Assembly: GCA_016181045.1 (NCBI GenBank)
Contig: JACPAB010000003.1
Location: 7,652-71,651, forward strand
Source of the DNA: Candidatus Yanofskybacteria bacterium
GTDB taxonomy: Bacteria > Patescibacteriota > Minisyncoccia > 2-02-FULL-40-12 > GWA2-44-9
DNA length: 64,000 nucleotides
Direction: 5' to 3'
Below, in pieces: positions 59,640-64,000 of this stretch (the stretch's first letter is position 1; each line of letters begins with the position of its first letter). The notes under the pieces are model-generated. The model did not search any database, had not been told where the DNA came from, and was given only the letters and a program-made list of their open reading frames with translations. A program made the position numbers and the translations under genes.

Positions 59640-59904
59640 GTCGTTCCGCTCCCGCCAATCCCCACCCTCATCGCTCCGCCCCTCTTCGCTCGGCCGACAA
59701 TCCATCTCAGACACGCCTCCGGTCGCCCAGCGTGCGACCTCGGCCACATTCGCCACGGCTTTTCGAATCCGGTTCAGATCAATTATAACCGGATTCGCCA
59801 TGCGAAAAGCCGGGTCTCAAGTGTCTTCAATTGGATTGTCGGCCTGCGCTTAGTAAGGCGAGGTGGCAAACGGTCTAAAACAGGAAGGAGCTTTCGCTAA
59901 ACAC

Positions 59905-60110
59905 TTAAAGCGAAAGCCCCTCTCCATTTGTAGACCGTCTGCGTCGAGGGTAACACAATGCTTGAATTAACTGATAATTTGCTTAGATAACAAATTTTAG
60001 CCGGAAAACCCGCCTAAGTTTTACAAAGTAAAATTTAGGCGGGGCAAACGGATGCTAAAATTTGTTAAGCAAATTGAAGTTTAATTCGAGCATTTGTCCG
60101 AAGATGACGA
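59905..60110. repeat. long hairpin family R, copy 1
   Basis: Direct repeat of 62219-62409. Confidence 0.9.
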
Positions 60111-60200
60111 AGTCATAAGCAGTCACTGTCTCGTACGGGATTGACATCTCGGTAGCATATTATAGAATACCTTTAAGCTTTTATTTGATGGAGGGCTTGG

Positions 60201-60584
60201 ATGAAAAAGCTAATCGCTCTTTTTGTTTTTCTTTTCACGCTTGGTGCGGCTATCGATACGAAGGCCCAGACCGTGATCAGGCCTGACTATGTTCAGGTTC
60301 CAAATCAGGGCTATCCCACACACCCTGTTCTTGTGAGGAATGTCAGTCCATACGAACTGGAAGTCATTGTCAGATGGGCCGGCATGAAAACGGACTACCA
60401 TTTCGGTGTGGATGCCAAAAAAGACGCGGAAGTTATGCTTCCTTCGTATGTCCGGCTGAATGTCCGGGCTTGGGTCAGGGTCTACGACCAAAGGGGGAGA
60501 AAAAACTTGAAAGAGATGAAATTCCTTTGGTATTACGACGAAGCGTTGAAGAAAACGGTATTCTGGTTCCCGCGTTTCAAGTAG
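60201..60584 (+). CDS. secreted hypothetical protein
   Basis: Signal peptide MKKLIALFVFLFTLGAA; upstream TTGACA and SD GGAGG. Confidence 0.75.
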   Translation: MKKLIALFVFLFTLGAAIDTKAQTVIRPDYVQVPNQGYPTHPVLVRNVSPYELEVIVRWAGMKTDYHFGVDAKKDAEVMLPSYVRLNVRAWVRVYDQRGRKNLKEMKFLWYYDEALKKTVFWFPRFK

Positions 60585-60723
60585 CCAAGGTTTTAAGCCA
60601 TTTTCCGAGCCCATTGCGGGCTCTTTACATTTAAACTAAATAGTGATATAATATAAGGTATAGTAGGTAAGTTTCTTTGACATGCAGTTTTTGTCCCGCC
60701 ATGGCGGGACTGGGAGGAGAGAG

Positions 60724-61476
60724 ATGAGACGATTCATTCGTGTCGTTGCCGTTGTTCTCGTTGGTTTTGCGGCTACCGGCTGCGCAACCGGCGGGTACTT
60801 GGGTCCCAAGCCCTATGGAGGGCCGCTGGGTGACGTCATGGCGGGGAATCTCGCGATAACGTGCCCGGGGGACTACTTCGTCGGAGGAGGCATCAACCGG
60901 TGTCTCCGCGATATCGGCGGGGATTTCGGCCGGTACTCGAACCATCCCATGTATCGCGGCGGGATGGGCGGGCCACAGCTTTCGCAAGCTGATAAGCTTT
61001 CCGTCTTCTGCGGTCTGGGCGGTTCCGCCGTGGCGATGTTGCTCGACGCGAGCGTCAAGAAGATCCTCGGCGCGGGGTTTTTATCCGCTGCCGTCTGTGA
61101 GGTAGCGGCGTCTGTCTCTAACCGAGGCAACAAACAGCCACAGGGCCAGCAGGTCCGTATCGCAAGCGACGGAACTCCCGTCGCTGTCGGCCGGCCTGTT
61201 ATCCCAGCAGCGCAGGGCTATCAGCCCATCGGCGACTCCGTTCCGTCCGATCCGAAGTGGTACATCCGCAACATGACCGGCGGGCGCGGAGAGCTCTGGA
61301 ACGGGAACCGGTTCATCAAGGTTCTCGAGCCGGGCGAGAGTTACGGCGTTTTAAACCCGAGCGGGGTCAAACTCGTCATCCTTGTTCCCACGAAAGAGGG
61401 GACACTGGAGCCCGCTGAAGCGCTTCGCAAGCCGCGCCGCGACGGCTGGGACATGGTGGTTCCCTCGGTCCAGTAA
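60724..61476 (+). CDS. putative lipoprotein, GC-rich orphan
   Basis: SD GGAGG; MRRFIRVVAVVLVGFAATGC lipobox-like N-terminus. Confidence 0.7.
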   Translation: MRRFIRVVAVVLVGFAATGCATGGYLGPKPYGGPLGDVMAGNLAITCPGDYFVGGGINRCLRDIGGDFGRYSNHPMYRGGMGGPQLSQADKLSVFCGLGGSAVAMLLDASVKKILGAGFLSAAVCEVAASVSNRGNKQPQGQQVRIASDGTPVAVGRPVIPAAQGYQPIGDSVPSDPKWYIRNMTGGRGELWNGNRFIKVLEPGESYGVLNPSGVKLVILVPTKEGTLEPAEALRKPRRDGWDMVVPSVQ

Positions 61477-61511
61477 CGAGGGGTGCCTCACTTCAAACAA
61501 GGAGAAAAGTC

Positions 61512-61997
61512 ATGGCACATGTAAGGTTCAACGGATATCGGGAATTCGTCTCGGACGAGGTTCTGTCGGTCGAAGAAGAGCGATGGGGACTTCACGGTCC
61601 CGCCCATACGCGGTGGGTCGAGAAGCACGTCTACTGGGTCCTTCCGGTAGGCACGCTGTTCCTGGTCGCTCTGCTCTTCCTCGTTTTCTTCTGGGGATTC
61701 GGGGGGAGCTTCAGGGCAGCGAGGGGCACGGCATTCACGCAGAGGACCGGCCAGGGCTGGATTCCCGTCCAGCCGGTACAGCCGATCCCGTCGCCGGCGG
61801 TATCCACTCCGCCGCCGCCCACGCAAGTGCCTGCCACGCCTCCACAAGTGACCGTGAACGTTCCGGACCGCATCCAGGTTAATGCGACTGTCCGGAACGT
61901 CACAGCGCCTCCGTCTGCTCCGGCTCCCAGCCGAGAGCTGACGCCGGAGGAGAAGGCGAATCAGTTCTGGGATCGCAGGCTCAATCGCGAGCCCTGA
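61512..61997 (+). CDS. bitopic membrane protein with Pro-rich tail, GC-rich orphan
   Basis: SD AAGGAG, one TM helix, Pro-rich region. Confidence 0.7.
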   Translation: MAHVRFNGYREFVSDEVLSVEEERWGLHGPAHTRWVEKHVYWVLPVGTLFLVALLFLVFFWGFGGSFRAARGTAFTQRTGQGWIPVQPVQPIPSPAVSTPPPPTQVPATPPQVTVNVPDRIQVNATVRNVTAPPSAPAPSRELTPEEKANQFWDRRLNREP

Positions 61998-62218
61998 AAC
62001 ACACCCGTTAGTTTGCAACCCCGTTCATCGGGGCCATCGCAAACGGCGGGTTTTTTCTTTGCGGCCACCTCGCTTTTTCGCGACGCCTTATCCCACGAGG
62101 AACCACGTCAAACCCTGTTGGGTTTGCGTTCTCTTTCGGTCCGGGGTGGCCTGTGAACGTTCCTCTTAGTGATAAGGCCGTCGCCTCAAAGCTAAACGGC
62201 TCACTTCTATGAGCCGTT

Positions 62219-62409
62219 TTAAAGCAAAGCCCATTCCCGTTTTAGACCGTTTGCCTCCGAGGGTAACATAATGATTAAATTAATAGATAATTTGCTTATT
62301 CAATAAATTTTAGCCGGAAAATCCTGAGTCTGCGAAGGAGGAACGGATGCTAAAATTTATTAAGCAACATTGAGAGTTAATTTAAGCATTTGTCCGAAGG
62401 AGACCGAAG
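62219..62409. repeat. long hairpin family R, copy 2
   Basis: Direct repeat of 59905-60110. Confidence 0.9.
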
Positions 62410-62429
62410 GCGCAGGCAACAGGTCGAAA

Positions 62430-62909
62430 ATGGTGATTTATCACTCCAACAGCCCAAAAGATACTCAAAGATTAGCAGCAAAAATTGCCAGGGAAACAGA
62501 ATCCGGTGTCATTCTTTTAGAAGGGGAGTTGGGCGCCGGCAAGACCACTTTTGTCCAGGCGTTCGCCAGAGCTTTAGGGGTCAAAGCCAAAGTAAAAAGC
62601 CCCACATTCAATATTATTAAAAAGTATAAAATCCCTTTTCGTTCTAATGGCTATTCGCTAATGGCTATTCGCTATTTGTATCACATTGATTGCTATCGCC
62701 TGAAAGACCACAAGGAAGCGATACCGCTGGGCATCCAGGATGTTTTTTCCGCCGCAGGCGGACCCGCCTCTGGCGGGAAAGCATCGCAGAGTGTTGTTCT
62801 TATTGAATGGCCGGAAAGAATAAGCAAAGTTTTACCCAAAAAACGTATTAGAGTGCATATTGATCATATAGATAAGAATAAACGTAAAATAACAATTTCT
62901 AATTTCTAA
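62430..62909 (+). CDS. tsaE: tRNA threonylcarbamoyladenosine biosynthesis ATPase TsaE
   Basis: LEGELGAGKTTF, KSPTF, YHIDCYRL, LIEWPE. Confidence 0.96.
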   Translation: MVIYHSNSPKDTQRLAAKIARETESGVILLEGELGAGKTTFVQAFARALGVKAKVKSPTFNIIKKYKIPFRSNGYSLMAIRYLYHIDCYRLKDHKEAIPLGIQDVFSAAGGPASGGKASQSVVLIEWPERISKVLPKKRIRVHIDHIDKNKRKITISNF

Positions 62910-62915
62910 TTACTA

Positions 62916-64000
62916 ATGACTAAAAAACTGATTCTTATTGATGGCCATGCGCTGGTTCACAGGGCGTTCCATGCCCTGCCGCTATCAATGAGCTCGCCCA
63001 ACGGCATTCCCACCAACGCGGTCTATGGCTTCGTTTCCGTCTTGATAAAAACCATCAAAGATTTGAGGCCGGATTATATTGTGGCCACTTTCGACCTAGC
63101 CGGTCCGACGTTCCGCCACGAGGAGTTCGCCGAATACAAAGCCCACCGGGAAAAGGCCCCGGACGACCTTCATGTCCAGGTGCCGCTGGTCAAAGAAATA
63201 CTGGGCGCATTCGGCATACCCATCTACGAGAAAGAGGGCTTTGAGGCCGATGACCTGATTGGTTCTATTGCCGAGATCACCAAGAAGCACAAAGATATCC
63301 AGACCATCATTGCCACCGGGGACCTGGACACCCTCCAGCTTGTTGAGAGCGACAAAGTCGTTGTGCGCACTCTCAAAAAGGGTGTTTCCGACACCATTTT
63401 ATATACACAAAAAGAAGTCGAGGAAAGATACGGCCTAGAACCCGGGCAGATGGTTGATTTCAAGGGTTTAAAAGGCGATCCGTCCGACAATATTCCCGGC
63501 GTTCCCGGAGTGGGGGAGAAGACGGCATCAGTCCTGATAAAGACCTTTAAATCTTTGGAGGGTCTTTATCAAGAAATTTCTAATTACCAATTTCTAATTT
63601 CTACAGAGATTCCCGGGCTAAAGCACCGTGAACCTTCTCCGAGCAAACAAATTCAAAATTCAAAATCTAAAAAAAATAAAACCCAAATCAAGCCGCCGCT
63701 TTCAGAAAAGTTAATTCAGAAATTGTTGGAAAATAAAGATGTGGCGTTTTTCTCAAAGAAATTAGCTACGATTATTAGAGATGTCCCGATTCAGTTCGAT
63801 ATTAAAAATGCCGAGTGGAGAAAGGGTATGAAAAAAGAGGAGCTTGTAAAAATGCTGCAGGACCTCGGCATATACAGTTTGCTTAAGAGAATAAACGAAC
63901 TGGATGGCGAAACTCCTGAACAGCCATCTTTGATGGCGGAAGCGACAGACGATATAAAAGTATCTTCCCTCGGTTCCCGTGAACAGGTCGGCAAGCTGAT
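62916..64000 (+). CDS. polA: DNA polymerase I (5' partial)
   Basis: LIDGHALVHRAFHA, PTNAVYGF, GFEADD, TGDLD, GDPSDNIPGVPGVGEKTA; runs off the window. Confidence 0.97.
   Translation, partial: MTKKLILIDGHALVHRAFHALPLSMSSPNGIPTNAVYGFVSVLIKTIKDLRPDYIVATFDLAGPTFRHEEFAEYKAHREKAPDDLHVQVPLVKEILGAFGIPIYEKEGFEADDLIGSIAEITKKHKDIQTIIATGDLDTLQLVESDKVVVRTLKKGVSDTILYTQKEVEERYGLEPGQMVDFKGLKGDPSDNIPGVPGVGEKTASVLIKTFKSLEGLYQEISNYQFLISTEIPGLKHREPSPSKQIQNSKSKKNKTQIKPPLSEKLIQKLLENKDVAFFSKKLATIIRDVPIQFDIKNAEWRKGMKKEELVKMLQDLGIYSLLKRINELDGETPEQPSLMAEATDDIKVSSLGSREQVGKL
63601..63643. repeat. palindromic element family C, copy 2 (in frame in polA)
   Basis: CTACAGAGATTCCCGGGCTAAAGCACCGTGAACCTTCTCCGAG. Confidence 0.85.

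Noticed and set aside
62370..62429. TsaE N-terminal extension from TTG 62370
   Set aside because: It lies within repeat R2; the ATG at 62430 matches the family start

Overview
A 64-kb chromosomal segment (genetic code 11) containing the replication origin region of a reduced-genome bacterium. Gene content and shortened proteins suggest a Patescibacteria/CPR (Parcubacteria-like) organism; this is an inference. It carries dnaA-dnaN-oriC with rpmH-rnpA-yidD-yidC-jag, ruvB/yebC/ruvC, a VirB4/PrgI/VirB6-like secretion cluster, a type IV pilus/competence locus (pilMNO-B-T-C-A-D, minor pilins, comF, comM, yraN), translation and replication housekeeping genes, 7 tRNAs, two RelE-type toxin-antitoxin modules, a free-standing LAGLIDADG endonuclease and two pseudogenes. 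The most striking unexplained signal is a dense population of small palindromic elements and 7-bp-period tracts. Several families occur in two copies, and many copies sit in frame inside conserved genes (jag, pcrA, infB, gatC, tsaE, polA, comM, pilin). One family can be compared with an empty allele in the same window and shows a ~6-bp target duplication. Larger (160-210 bp) hairpin families show compensatory base changes and share an AAAGCGAA(A/G)GCC terminus, and one pair brackets a three-gene orphan cassette. No cognate transposase is visible in the window. Many genes also appear to be leaderless.
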